From an uncultured Alphaproteobacteria bacterium (GTDB taxonomy: Bacteria > Pseudomonadota > Alphaproteobacteria > HIMB59 > GCA-002718135): a stretch of DNA of 64,000 bases. Every line of letters begins with the position of its first letter. Within the stretch, counting starts at the first letter, position 1. The position numbers and the translations under genes are program-made. Under the pieces are notes generated by a model. That model was not told where the DNA came from. It did not search any database and saw nothing but the letters and a program-made list of their open reading frames with translations. The stretch is taken from the NCBI GenBank assembly GCA_902515745.1, contig CABXWB010000007.1:15478-79477 (forward strand), given 5' to 3'. Shown piece by piece: positions 52,179-61,121 of this stretch.

Positions 52179-52221
52179 TCTTTTTAGCTGCTTGTGAACC
52201 GCAATAGAGTCAAATCGTTCT
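52179..52221 (-). ncRNA. SAM-II riboswitch
   Basis: Minus strand GAAC-GATTTGA-CTCT-ATTGC-G-GTTC-ACAA-GCAGCTAAAA-AGAG: P1 GAAC/GTTC; pseudoknot TTGC/GCAG and CTCT/AGAG; GCTAAA consensus. Confidence 0.82.
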
Positions 52222-52346
52222 AATAAATACATAATACAAATTTGTTACAATTCAATTAAATCTAATAATGTTATTAAAATTAAATAGCTCTTTTCGATAA
52301 AAGTTAATTTATTTGAACTTCTCATTACAAAACCTATATCTCAATT

Positions 52347-52631
52347 ATGAAAATTTTAGAAAATATATCTAATTTATTTAGCCAAAATAAAAATAATTCA
52401 GTCAAAGAAGATACTATTCCAGAAAATCTTCGTAGCAAAGAATTAGAATGGAAATTAGCTTTACTTGTTAGAAACATTGATAATGTAGAAGATATTGATC
52501 TAAAATTTGTTATTGTTTCCAAAAAAGACATAGGTACCAAAAAAGATTTATTTACATCCTATAGATTGGATTTCAATGGAAGAGAAAAATTAAATCTATT
52601 TAAAAAGAAATACAAAAATATACTTTTATAA
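52347..52631 (+). CDS. Hypothetical protein
   Basis: 94-aa ORF abutting the convergent gene. Confidence 0.6.
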   Translation: MKILENISNLFSQNKNNSVKEDTIPENLRSKELEWKLALLVRNIDNVEDIDLKFVIVSKKDIGTKKDLFTSYRLDFNGREKLNLFKKKYKNILL

Positions 52632-52632
52632 A

Positions 52633-53037
52633 TTACTCATATTTATCAGAATACAAATAAGGTATCCCAATAACCAAAATAATATAGAAAACCATAAATC
52701 CTGCAATAAGAGGTATAACTTCTGCAGCTGGTACTGTACTAAACGGCCCTAAAACAAACCCATAAATAACAAAAAGAATATTTAAACCTACTAAATAATA
52801 ACCACCACTTTTTTTCATGCTATACAACATATAAATTGTGTAAGCGATTGCTAATTGAAAAACTATACTTACAATAAAATCTAAAGTGGAAATCTGAACA
52901 TTAAAATCTCCTACAGGTGGTTGAACACCCTGACCTGAAAAGTATCCATACGTAATTCGATAAGTTGTATCAATAAAATCTAAAGAGATAAGGATCAGCA
53001 TTATCCAATGTAAAGGTTTAAATAATCTTTCTTTCAT
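52633..53037 (-). CDS. Hypothetical membrane protein
   Basis: 4 TM segments; 9 bp downstream of bactofilin. Confidence 0.75.
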   Translation of the reverse strand: MKERLFKPLHWIMLILISLDFIDTTYRITYGYFSGQGVQPPVGDFNVQISTLDFIVSIVFQLAIAYTIYMLYSMKKSGGYYLVGLNILFVIYGFVLGPFSTVPAAEVIPLIAGFMVFYIILVIGIPYLYSDKYE

Positions 53038-53046
53038 TATATAAAC

Positions 53047-53499
53047 TTATTCTTTTTTTATAGATTCTTGCAATGAAACATTATTCTCATCTGAAGGTTT
53101 TGTATCTTTTTTAATTGATTGAATTTTATCAGAAAGTTTAATGTCACCACTTATTTGACCACCAAGTTTAATTTGTAAATTTTGATATTCAATTTTACCT
53201 GATACTTTACCTTGTTCTTGAATAGTAAGAGTACCAGACGCTTTAATATCTCCATCAAATGCGCCCCAAATATCAGCGTTATGAGTTTCAATAGCACCTT
53301 TACAGTCACCAGTAGCACCTACTACTAGATTATCTGTTTTCATTGTAACATCGGCTTCACCATCAATTTGTACTTCATCAGCTTTTTTAATTTCACCATT
53401 AATAATTACACCTTGACCAATGACAACTTTTGCAGATCCTTTTGCAGGTCTAAATACGTCAGGTGTAGAATTTGTATTATCTTCTTTTTTATCAAACAT
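53047..53499 (-). CDS. Bactofilin (polymer-forming cytoskeletal protein)
   Basis: VVIGQGVIINGEI...VQIDG...GKVSGKIEYQNLQIKLGGQISG beta-helix repeats; GGAGG RBS. Confidence 0.9.
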   Translation of the reverse strand: MFDKKEDNTNSTPDVFRPAKGSAKVVIGQGVIINGEIKKADEVQIDGEADVTMKTDNLVVGATGDCKGAIETHNADIWGAFDGDIKASGTLTIQEQGKVSGKIEYQNLQIKLGGQISGDIKLSDKIQSIKKDTKPSDENNVSLQESIKKE

Positions 53500-53518
53500 T
53501 TATTCCTCCCTTATGTTT

Positions 53519-53576
53519 TTTAACGCAGGTGTTCTTCGACTGCAGGAGTTTTGTTAAAGCAGGTTTCTACAACTGC
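53519..53576. repeat. Tandem GCAG...CTGC hairpins, including a divergent copy of the 40-nt element
   Basis: GCAGGTGTTCTTCGACTGC and GCAGGTTTCTACAACTGC; 53536-53555 matches the reverse complement of 62770-62789 at 18/20. Confidence 0.55.
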
Positions 53577-53636
53577 TATAGGTAGATTTTTAACATAAAA
53601 AAAAAAAAAATTAAATATTAATGTTATTTTTCAATA

Positions 53637-54320
53637 CTATTTTTGATGATTTACAACATCAACAAGTATAGCAATTACTAAGTTTAATATAGTTATTGAA
53701 CAAATTGAAATAAAACTAAAGAAATAAATCCAGGCCCACCAATAGATTGCCTGCATAGGTAGCATAACGTTTTCCCAGCTAGATAAGGTCAAAACTTGAA
53801 ATAAAGTTATAAGAGATATTCCTAAATCTTCCCATCTTTCTGGATCATTTTCACCAAATAAAATAGAGCCCATAGTTGCATAAATATAAAGAATGATAAA
53901 AAGAAGAAGACTTACAAAAAATACTCTTTTTATGGAAGCAAGAATAGCTTCTATAATTTTTTTTAATTCAGGAATAACAGATATCAATCGTAACACTCTA
54001 AAAATACGAAGCAGGCGTAGAACTAAAAAACTAGAATTATTTGGAATTGGAATTAGTGAAATTGCTACAATTATTGTATCGAATACATTCCAGCCATCTT
54101 TTAGAAAATTTTTCTTTTCTTTTTCTCCAATAAAACGAATGAGTATTTCAATAACAAAGAAAACTGTGATCGCATAATCAAGTAAATAAATAGTATTCAA
54201 AAATATAGGATCTAATTGATATGTTGTTGCTCCAATAAGAATGGCATTTAATATAATTATAACAACAACAGAAAATTGAAATATACGATTATCTTTTAAC
54301 TTAGAAAAAAAATCTATCAT
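53637..54320 (-). CDS. BacNav-family voltage-gated cation channel
   Basis: S3 GWNVFD; S4 RLLRIFRVLRL; pore TLFQVLTLSSWE; S6 LNLVIAILVD. Confidence 0.88.
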   Translation of the reverse strand: MIDFFSKLKDNRIFQFSVVVIIILNAILIGATTYQLDPIFLNTIYLLDYAITVFFVIEILIRFIGEKEKKNFLKDGWNVFDTIIVAISLIPIPNNSSFLVLRLLRIFRVLRLISVIPELKKIIEAILASIKRVFFVSLLLFIILYIYATMGSILFGENDPERWEDLGISLITLFQVLTLSSWENVMLPMQAIYWWAWIYFFSFISICSITILNLVIAILVDVVNHQK

Positions 54321-54326
54321 AGTTAT

Positions 54327-55346
54327 TTAAATAGTTTTTAAATTATCAATTTTTCTATCCATTACAAAGAACCACAATGGTGGAATTAAGGCCATAATTA
54401 ACATGACGGAATAATTAGCAGGCATCTCTATTGCTTTTTCTTCTTGAGATAAAAGAGGATAGGGTTTTGAAGCACTCTGGTGATGTTCTGCATGAAGACC
54501 TAAATTAAACGTCGACCAATTTGCAGATATATGACGGCTGTTCCAAGAATGTAAATCTGTAAATCTTTCATATCGTCCATTTTCTTTTGTTCTCTCTAAG
54601 CCATAATGCTGAATATAATTTACTAACTCCAATAAAATTATTGAGACAAATGAATGAAAGATCACAAAAACTAAACCATTAATATTGGCAATTAGATAAG
54701 CAAATACTAAAAATAGAAACTCTAATACGAAATAATGAATCATTCTATTTTGAAAACTAAAGGTATTTAATTTTTTTTTATCAAGAATATTTTTTTCAAT
54801 TTTCCATGAAGAAATTACACTATTAATTACACAGCGAATAAAATAAAAATAAAAATTTTCTCCTCTTCTAGCAGTTGCAGGATCTTCTTTAGTTGCAACA
54901 TTTAAATGATGTCCATAAATATGTTCAATACGAAAATGCCCATAGCAACATAAAACAAGTAAAAATACTCCGATACTTCGCATAAATTTATTTTTACGAT
55001 GAATAAGTTCGTGTGCAGTAGTAATTCCAATAGAGCCTCCTGACATACCTACAGATGCTCCTAAAGCAGCAGCAATTAATAATGTGATGTTTGAGTCAGA
55101 AACTATTATTAAACCAAATATGATTAAGAATAAAATACAGGGAAGAACTATTATAATTGAAAAATTGTGAAATACACTTTCTTTTAGTTCAACATCGTCT
55201 TTACTTAAGTAAGGTAATACAAGATCGATAATTGGAACTAAAACGAAAACCCAAATAAACGGTGAAATAGACCAAGAGGGATTAATTACTAATCCTAAAG
55301 AACTAGAAAAAATTAAAATAAGTGGTGTTACAAGATAAAAAACCAT
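54327..55346 (-). CDS. alkB: Alkane 1-monooxygenase (AlkB-like membrane di-iron hydroxylase)
   Basis: AHELIH, EHIYGHH, VAT.EDPATAR, NYIQHYGL, HSWN, HAEHH and ALIPPLWF. Confidence 0.85.
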   Translation of the reverse strand: MVFYLVTPLILIFSSSLGLVINPSWSISPFIWVFVLVPIIDLVLPYLSKDDVELKESVFHNFSIIIVLPCILFLIIFGLIIVSDSNITLLIAAALGASVGMSGGSIGITTAHELIHRKNKFMRSIGVFLLVLCCYGHFRIEHIYGHHLNVATKEDPATARRGENFYFYFIRCVINSVISSWKIEKNILDKKKLNTFSFQNRMIHYFVLEFLFLVFAYLIANINGLVFVIFHSFVSIILLELVNYIQHYGLERTKENGRYERFTDLHSWNSRHISANWSTFNLGLHAEHHQSASKPYPLLSQEEKAIEMPANYSVMLIMALIPPLWFFVMDRKIDNLKTI

Positions 55347-55411
55347 TAAAAAATATTTATATATTATTTTTTTATTAAACTAATAATTAAAAAGTATAAT
55401 TAGAAAAAATA

Positions 55412-56347
55412 ATGAGTGATAATATTAAAGGTCTTTTAATTCTCCTAGTAGGGGTTTTGCTGATATTCACACAAGATGTTTTAATTAAATATACCATATT
55501 CGACGCAAGCTTAATGCAGATACTCGTTTTTAGAGGATTTATTGGTTTTTTATTACTAGCTGCTTATCTCACCTATAATAAACAACCTGTTATCTTTCGA
55601 TCAGCTCATCCGTATATAGCAATATTTAGAGGTTCGACTTTCTTTTTTGGCTTCACTATGTTTTTTATTTCTTTGAGTCAAATTAGTCTAGCTGAAGCTA
55701 CTAGTTTATTTTTTGTGAGTCCATTTTTTATGACAATATTTTCTTATTTTATATTAAAAAAAAATTTTGGTATAAATAGATTATTTTCTATTTGTATCGG
55801 GTTTAGTGGTACTATTCTTATCATCAAACCAGAATTTAATAATATAAATATTTATATGTTTTTTCCAATAATTGCTGCATGCTCATATTCTTTGAGTATG
55901 GTTTTAGCAAAAAAAACTGCTGGTAATGATTCCTTATTTCAACAAACATTCCATGTTTATATTGGTGCCTTTATCGGCGGAAGTATAATTAGTGTTTTAA
56001 TTCATAATTATGATTTTAATTTATCTATTTTTTATATTTTAAGTAATCCATGGATATTTAATGATTATCGAACATTTGGATTAATAATTTTTATATCTAT
56101 AGTTGGAGGTCTTGGTTTGTTTTGCTTAATTGGGGCCTATAGATTGGCTTCACCTTTAAGTTGTAGTATTCTAGAATATATCCATCTAATATTTGCAATT
56201 GTTGTAGGCTATTTTATTTTTTCTGAAATTCCAGATTTATATTCATTTATTGGAATCTTTCTCATCGTATCAAGCGGTATCTTCATTGTCTTTAGAGAAA
56301 ATAAACTTGAAGAACTAGTAGTAGCTAAAACTACTCTTAGAACTTAA
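55412..56347 (+). CDS. DMT/EamA family transporter
   Basis: About 10 TM helices; IGFSGTILIIKP and FSEIPD. Confidence 0.85.
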   Translation: MSDNIKGLLILLVGVLLIFTQDVLIKYTIFDASLMQILVFRGFIGFLLLAAYLTYNKQPVIFRSAHPYIAIFRGSTFFFGFTMFFISLSQISLAEATSLFFVSPFFMTIFSYFILKKNFGINRLFSICIGFSGTILIIKPEFNNINIYMFFPIIAACSYSLSMVLAKKTAGNDSLFQQTFHVYIGAFIGGSIISVLIHNYDFNLSIFYILSNPWIFNDYRTFGLIIFISIVGGLGLFCLIGAYRLASPLSCSILEYIHLIFAIVVGYFIFSEIPDLYSFIGIFLIVSSGIFIVFRENKLEELVVAKTTLRT

Positions 56348-56384
56348 TAGTAAATATTTTAGATTTTAATATAACAAACAATAT

Positions 56385-57533
56385 ATGAGTATTTACAACA
56401 AAGCATTTATTGCAATATGCTTTAACGGTTTTGGTCTTGCATTTATCTGGGGAATAACTGTAACTAATATACCATGGTTGTTTGATCGCGTAGGTATTAA
56501 GGAAACAGATTTAGGAATTTGGTTTACAATTTTTGCCATTCTTCAACTTTTCTTTAGCCAATTATCTGGAAGGGTAATTGTTCCAATTATAGGAACAACA
56601 AAAACTTTAATGCTAGGCCAATTATCTTTTGCTATTTTTCCCTACATTTTTATTACAGCAAATAACGTACAAACATTTTTTCTTTCCAGCATACCTTTAT
56701 CTATAGCTGCAGGCTTAATTTTTCCAACATTAGCAAGCACAACTAATTTTATAGAAAACAACACAAAAAGAATATATCAAACCTACCAACAAGCATCTTT
56801 TAGTTTTGGTTTTATTATAAGTGGTATTTGTGCGAGTCTATTTTTTTATTTAAATTTATATCCTCCTCATATATTTGTAGGATTAATATTTTTTTCATTA
56901 TTAATTATAATTCTAACTTATATTTTTGGATTATCTTCAACGAATGATTATTATGATAAATTAGAAAAATTCAAAATACCTGAGAAAAAAGTTTTATTTT
57001 TTGGATTAAATTTAGCAATTTTTATGGGCACTGTTGGTATTATGTTAGAGTGGACACCTTTATGGTTAAAAAGAGATCTTAATGCAACACTTTATGTTTC
57101 ATCACTTTCAATTTTATTTTGGGGAGCGGGTGAATTTATTGGAAGAATTTTTGGAGAAAAAATTGTAAATTTATATGGAGTAAAATTTGCTGCTGGATAT
57201 TTTGGTTTAGCCGGTTGTTTAATATTTTTTATAGCTGTTTTAAGTGGAAATATTTATATTATTCTTTTTACTGTTTTTTTATTTGCTCTTTCGACAGCAA
57301 ATTTTTATCCAGTAGTATTGATGCAAGGATTAAAATACACAACAGAAAGCATATCTGTAACAGCTGCAAATATTACAACAATTGCTTTTTCAGGTTTCCT
57401 AATTGGTCCTGCAATAGTTGGTTTTAGTGCAGAAACGTTTGGGCTTACTTTTAATGTAATTGCATTGTGCTTTATATGGGCATTTAATGCGGTTCTATTT
57501 ATTTACTTTATTAATCAGTTAAATAAAAATTAA
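56385..57533 (+). CDS. MFS transporter
   Basis: About 12 TM helices; paralog of 31735-32886 (KIPEK, ANFxP, GxLIGPAIVG). Confidence 0.8.
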   Translation: MSIYNKAFIAICFNGFGLAFIWGITVTNIPWLFDRVGIKETDLGIWFTIFAILQLFFSQLSGRVIVPIIGTTKTLMLGQLSFAIFPYIFITANNVQTFFLSSIPLSIAAGLIFPTLASTTNFIENNTKRIYQTYQQASFSFGFIISGICASLFFYLNLYPPHIFVGLIFFSLLIIILTYIFGLSSTNDYYDKLEKFKIPEKKVLFFGLNLAIFMGTVGIMLEWTPLWLKRDLNATLYVSSLSILFWGAGEFIGRIFGEKIVNLYGVKFAAGYFGLAGCLIFFIAVLSGNIYIILFTVFLFALSTANFYPVVLMQGLKYTTESISVTAANITTIAFSGFLIGPAIVGFSAETFGLTFNVIALCFIWAFNAVLFIYFINQLNKN

Positions 57534-57548
57534 AGATCAAATAAAAAA

Positions 57549-57588
57549 TGGGGCAAAACTTCAGCAGTGGAGCTGACTTTATACCCCA
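57549..57588 (-). ncRNA. 40-nt structured element, copy 1 (unknown family)
   Basis: Minus strand TGGGGTATAAAG-TCAGC-TCCACT-GCTGA-AGTTTTGCCCCA; covaries with 62767-62806. Confidence 0.6.
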
Positions 57589-57649
57589 ACTCATTATATT
57601 GTATCTTTTTACATTCTAAAACTATATTCATGCCAAGATTTAATAATAT

Positions 57650-59221
57650 ATGAGAAGATTAATTTTATTAGTTGTGGTTTTAGTAATCGCCGGAGGAGGA
57701 TATTATTATTATACTTCCAGTGATTCCGAGGTATCAACAACAAGTTATGAATATATCAAAATTGAAAAAGGAAATATAAAAAAGACAGTTTCTGCTACTG
57801 GTAAAATTATACCAACCTCAACATTAATATTATCATCAGAGATATCTGGAAAAATAGTTGATATTAATAAAGATTTTAATGAAAAAATTAATAAAGGAGA
57901 AGTTCTCGCAATATTTGATCAAAACCCTTTTATCCTAAGTGTAAAAGAGTCACAAACTTTAGTGGATATCTCAAAATCTAAGCTAAAACAAAAAAAAGCT
58001 AGTCTTGAAAAAGCAAAATCAGAGTTAAACAATGCAATCTCAAATAAATCAGGTGCTGAGTCAAGATTAAATGACAGCGCTTTATATTTATCAAAGTTAA
58101 AAGAAAATCTTGAAGAAAGAAAGGCTCTATTTGTAAAAAAATTTATTTCTAAAAAAGAATTTGATGATACTAATTTTGATTATGAAAGTGCAATTATTCA
58201 AAATGCTACATTAAAATCTGAAATCTCATCTTTGGATGCAGTAATTAATTCAAGAAAAGCACAAATTGAGATTATTAAAGCAGAACTTGAAGAGGTAGAA
58301 AAAATAATTCAACAATCAAAACTTACACTAGAAAGTGAAGAGCTAGATTTAACTAAAACCAAAATAGTTTCACCCATTGATGGTTTTATTTTAGATAGAC
58401 ATATTAGTGTAGGTGACGTTCTAGGTGCATACCAAAAAGATTCTATTATGTTTACCATTGCTGAAACACTATCAAATATGAACATAGAAATTTTTATAGA
58501 TGAATCAGATATAGGCAATATTCAATTAAATCAGATTGTAGAATTCTCTACTGATGCATTTCCTGATAGAAAATTAAATGCTACAATAAGTCAAATACGT
58601 TATTCACCAATAGATGATCAAAATGTAATTACCTATGAAGTTATTGCATCATTTGATAACCCTGAAAATTTACTTTTACCTGGCATGACAGCCAACGTTG
58701 ATATTATTGTTCAAAATAAAGAAGATGTTTTAAAAGTTAAAAATTCGGCTCTTTCTGTAAAGCTTAACCAAAAACCTAAACAAAATTCAGGAGGTAGTAG
58801 ATGGGGTGGTGGTGGTGCGTCTCAAATGCAAGAAATAATGGCACAAATTAATATGACGAAAGAGCAACAAAACAAAATGAGAAGTGTTTATCCTAAACTT
58901 GGTAAAGTAAGAGGTTCTTTAGAAGCTAAAAACTTATCTCCTGAAAAAATAAGAAAAGAAATACAATTGTATATTGAAAATGCATTAGTAGAATTATTAA
59001 CTGATGAACAAAGAAATAAATATTTTGAATTAAAACAATCTTTGAACGTTAAAAAAGTATTTAAATTAGCTGAAGGATCTCACGAACAAATAGATTTGAT
59101 TACTGGTCTTAATTCTGGTGGTTACACAGAAATTATAAAAGGTGAAGTAGAAGAAGGTGATGATGTAATATCTAAAGTTATTGTCGAAACTTCTGAAAAA
59201 AAAGCTCTAAGATTATTTTAA
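57650..59221 (+). CDS. MacA-like periplasmic adaptor (membrane fusion protein)
   Basis: N-terminal anchor, SATGKI, SEISG, IVSPIDG, IDESDIG and LLPGMTA. Confidence 0.88.
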   Translation: MRRLILLVVVLVIAGGGYYYYTSSDSEVSTTSYEYIKIEKGNIKKTVSATGKIIPTSTLILSSEISGKIVDINKDFNEKINKGEVLAIFDQNPFILSVKESQTLVDISKSKLKQKKASLEKAKSELNNAISNKSGAESRLNDSALYLSKLKENLEERKALFVKKFISKKEFDDTNFDYESAIIQNATLKSEISSLDAVINSRKAQIEIIKAELEEVEKIIQQSKLTLESEELDLTKTKIVSPIDGFILDRHISVGDVLGAYQKDSIMFTIAETLSNMNIEIFIDESDIGNIQLNQIVEFSTDAFPDRKLNATISQIRYSPIDDQNVITYEVIASFDNPENLLLPGMTANVDIIVQNKEDVLKVKNSALSVKLNQKPKQNSGGSRWGGGGASQMQEIMAQINMTKEQQNKMRSVYPKLGKVRGSLEAKNLSPEKIRKEIQLYIENALVELLTDEQRNKYFELKQSLNVKKVFKLAEGSHEQIDLITGLNSGGYTEIIKGEVEEGDDVISKVIVETSEKKALRLF

Positions 59222-59222
59222 G

Positions 59223-59906
59223 ATGATTAATATAAATTCTCTCTCAAAAGAATATGTGATGGGAGATAACAAACTTTTAGCATTAGATAAAATTGACCTT
59301 TCAATCAATGAAGGAGATTTTGTTAGCATTATGGGTTCATCAGGATCTGGGAAATCTACTTTAATGAATATTATTGGTTGTTTGGATGTCCCTTCTAGTG
59401 GTCAATATCATTTTAGAAATAATAATGTTTCAACATTGAATTCCAATAAACTGGCGGAATTACGAAACAAAGATATAGGATTTGTTTTTCAAAACTTTAA
59501 TTTACTTCCACGATTAAATGCTACAGAAAATGTTGTGCTTCCACTTTTATATTCTGGTAAAAATTTAAAAGAAAGAAATAAATTAGCACTTGAAGCTTTA
59601 GAGAGTGTTGGATTAAAAGATAGAGTACATCATAGACCTAATCAATTATCTGGTGGTCAACAACAAAGAGTGTCAATAGCAAGAGCAATAGCTGGATCTC
59701 CTAAATTAATTTTAGCAGATGAGCCAACTGGAGCTTTAGATAGTAAAACAGGTTTAGAAATAATGAAAATATTAAATGATCTTAATGCAAAAGGGATAAC
59801 AATAGTTCTCGTAACGCATGAAGATGACATTGCTAATTATGGATCAAGAATAATAAAAATGAAAGATGGTAGAATTTTAGAGGATAGAAAAAATGTCAAT
59901 AACTGA
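59223..59906 (+). CDS. MacB/LolD-type ABC ATPase
   Basis: GSSGSGKST, GFVFQNFNLL, LSGGQQQR and DEPTGALD. Confidence 0.92.
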   Translation: MININSLSKEYVMGDNKLLALDKIDLSINEGDFVSIMGSSGSGKSTLMNIIGCLDVPSSGQYHFRNNNVSTLNSNKLAELRNKDIGFVFQNFNLLPRLNATENVVLPLLYSGKNLKERNKLALEALESVGLKDRVHHRPNQLSGGQQQRVSIARAIAGSPKLILADEPTGALDSKTGLEIMKILNDLNAKGITIVLVTHEDDIANYGSRIIKMKDGRILEDRKNVNN

Positions 59907-61119
59907 TCTTATATATCTTTCACAAAAAAGTTTACGTTCAAATATTTTAAGAAGTATTTTAACATCTCTTGGTATCATTATTGGTGTGAGTTCTGTTATT
60001 ACAATGATTTCTATTGGGTCAGGTGCTAGAATTGAAGTTGAGCAACAAATTGAAAGATTTGGATCAAATAACTTAATAGTTAGATCGCAGAGTTCTTCAA
60101 ATAGAGGTGTTTCTATGGGGGTTAATTCAGTTAACACTTTAACATTAAAAGATATGGAAGCTCTTAAAGAAGAACTACCTGCAATTAAAGCAATTGCACC
60201 TAGAGTAAGCTTGAGTACACAAATTATTGCTAATGGAAATAACTGGCTTGCGACTGTTACAGGTACAACAAATGATTATTTTGATTTAGGTAACTGGAAA
60301 TTTGAAAATGGAAGAAGTTTTGAAGAAGAAGAATTAGATTCAGGTTCAAGAGTTGCCATTATAGGTAAGACAGTTCAAAAAAATTTATTTGATACTGATA
60401 ATCCCATTGATGAAGTAATCAGAATTAATAAAGTTCCATTTACTGTTATAGGTTTACTAGATGCGAAAGGTGGAACAGCTTGGGCTGATTTAGATGACAC
60501 AATAATTGTTCCCTTAAAAACTGCCAAACAACGATTAGTAGCTAAAAAATTTCCTGGAGATCAAATTCGTAGCATGACCATTAATGTAAGATCTTCTGAA
60601 TTACTTTTTAAAACAGAAAAAGATGTTGATACAGTAATGCGAAAACTTCATAAAATTTCTGCTAACGGTAATCCTGATTTTGTAATTAGAAACTACGCAC
60701 AATTTTTAAATGCGAGACAAGAGTCTTCAAGAGTTATGTCAATTCTTCTCGCAACAGTTGCGGGTATTTCCTTAATAGTAGGAGGCATAGGTATTATGAA
60801 CATTATGCTTGTTACTGTTACAGAGAGAACAAAAGAAATTGGCGTTTGTATGTCTGTTGGTGCAAAAAAACGAGATATACTTCTTCAGTTCTTGATTGAA
60901 TCATTAATGATATCACTCATTGGAGGCCTTATAGGAATTGCTTTAGGTTTAGGGGTAATATTTGGCGTCAGTGAATACTTTAAATGGAAAATGAGTCTTG
61001 ATTATATGTCTATAGTTCTTTCTTTTGTATTTTCTTCCTCTATTGGAATTATATTTGGATTTTACCCGGCTAGGAAAGCTGCAAACCTTAATCCTATTGA
61101 TGCTTTAAGATACGAATAA
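59893..61119 (+). CDS. MacB/FtsX-type ABC permease
   Basis: RSILTSLGIIIGV, VGGIGIMNIMLVTVTERTKEIG and FGFYPARKAA.LNPIDALRYE. Confidence 0.92.
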   Translation: MSITDLIYLSQKSLRSNILRSILTSLGIIIGVSSVITMISIGSGARIEVEQQIERFGSNNLIVRSQSSSNRGVSMGVNSVNTLTLKDMEALKEELPAIKAIAPRVSLSTQIIANGNNWLATVTGTTNDYFDLGNWKFENGRSFEEEELDSGSRVAIIGKTVQKNLFDTDNPIDEVIRINKVPFTVIGLLDAKGGTAWADLDDTIIVPLKTAKQRLVAKKFPGDQIRSMTINVRSSELLFKTEKDVDTVMRKLHKISANGNPDFVIRNYAQFLNARQESSRVMSILLATVAGISLIVGGIGIMNIMLVTVTERTKEIGVCMSVGAKKRDILLQFLIESLMISLIGGLIGIALGLGVIFGVSEYFKWKMSLDYMSIVLSFVFSSSIGIIFGFYPARKAANLNPIDALRYE

Positions 61120-61121
61120 AA

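Noticed and set aside
40880-52330. Integrative element at tRNA-Arg
   Set aside because: No integrase and no duplicated tRNA 3' end found by eye; composition is similar to the flanks.
53525-53576. Guanidine-II (mini-ykkC) riboswitch for the tandem hairpins
   Set aside because: The loops lack ACGR and the downstream gene is not an SMR exporter.
1896-60137. Short shadow ORFs in the track (e.g. 1896, 17921, 18956, 22242, 30699, 32598, 34372, 35083, 43258, 44807, 48935, 49641, 49706, 52334, 53893, 57215, 58309, 59877)
   Set aside because: They lie antisense or out of frame within well-supported genes and have no motifs or RBS.
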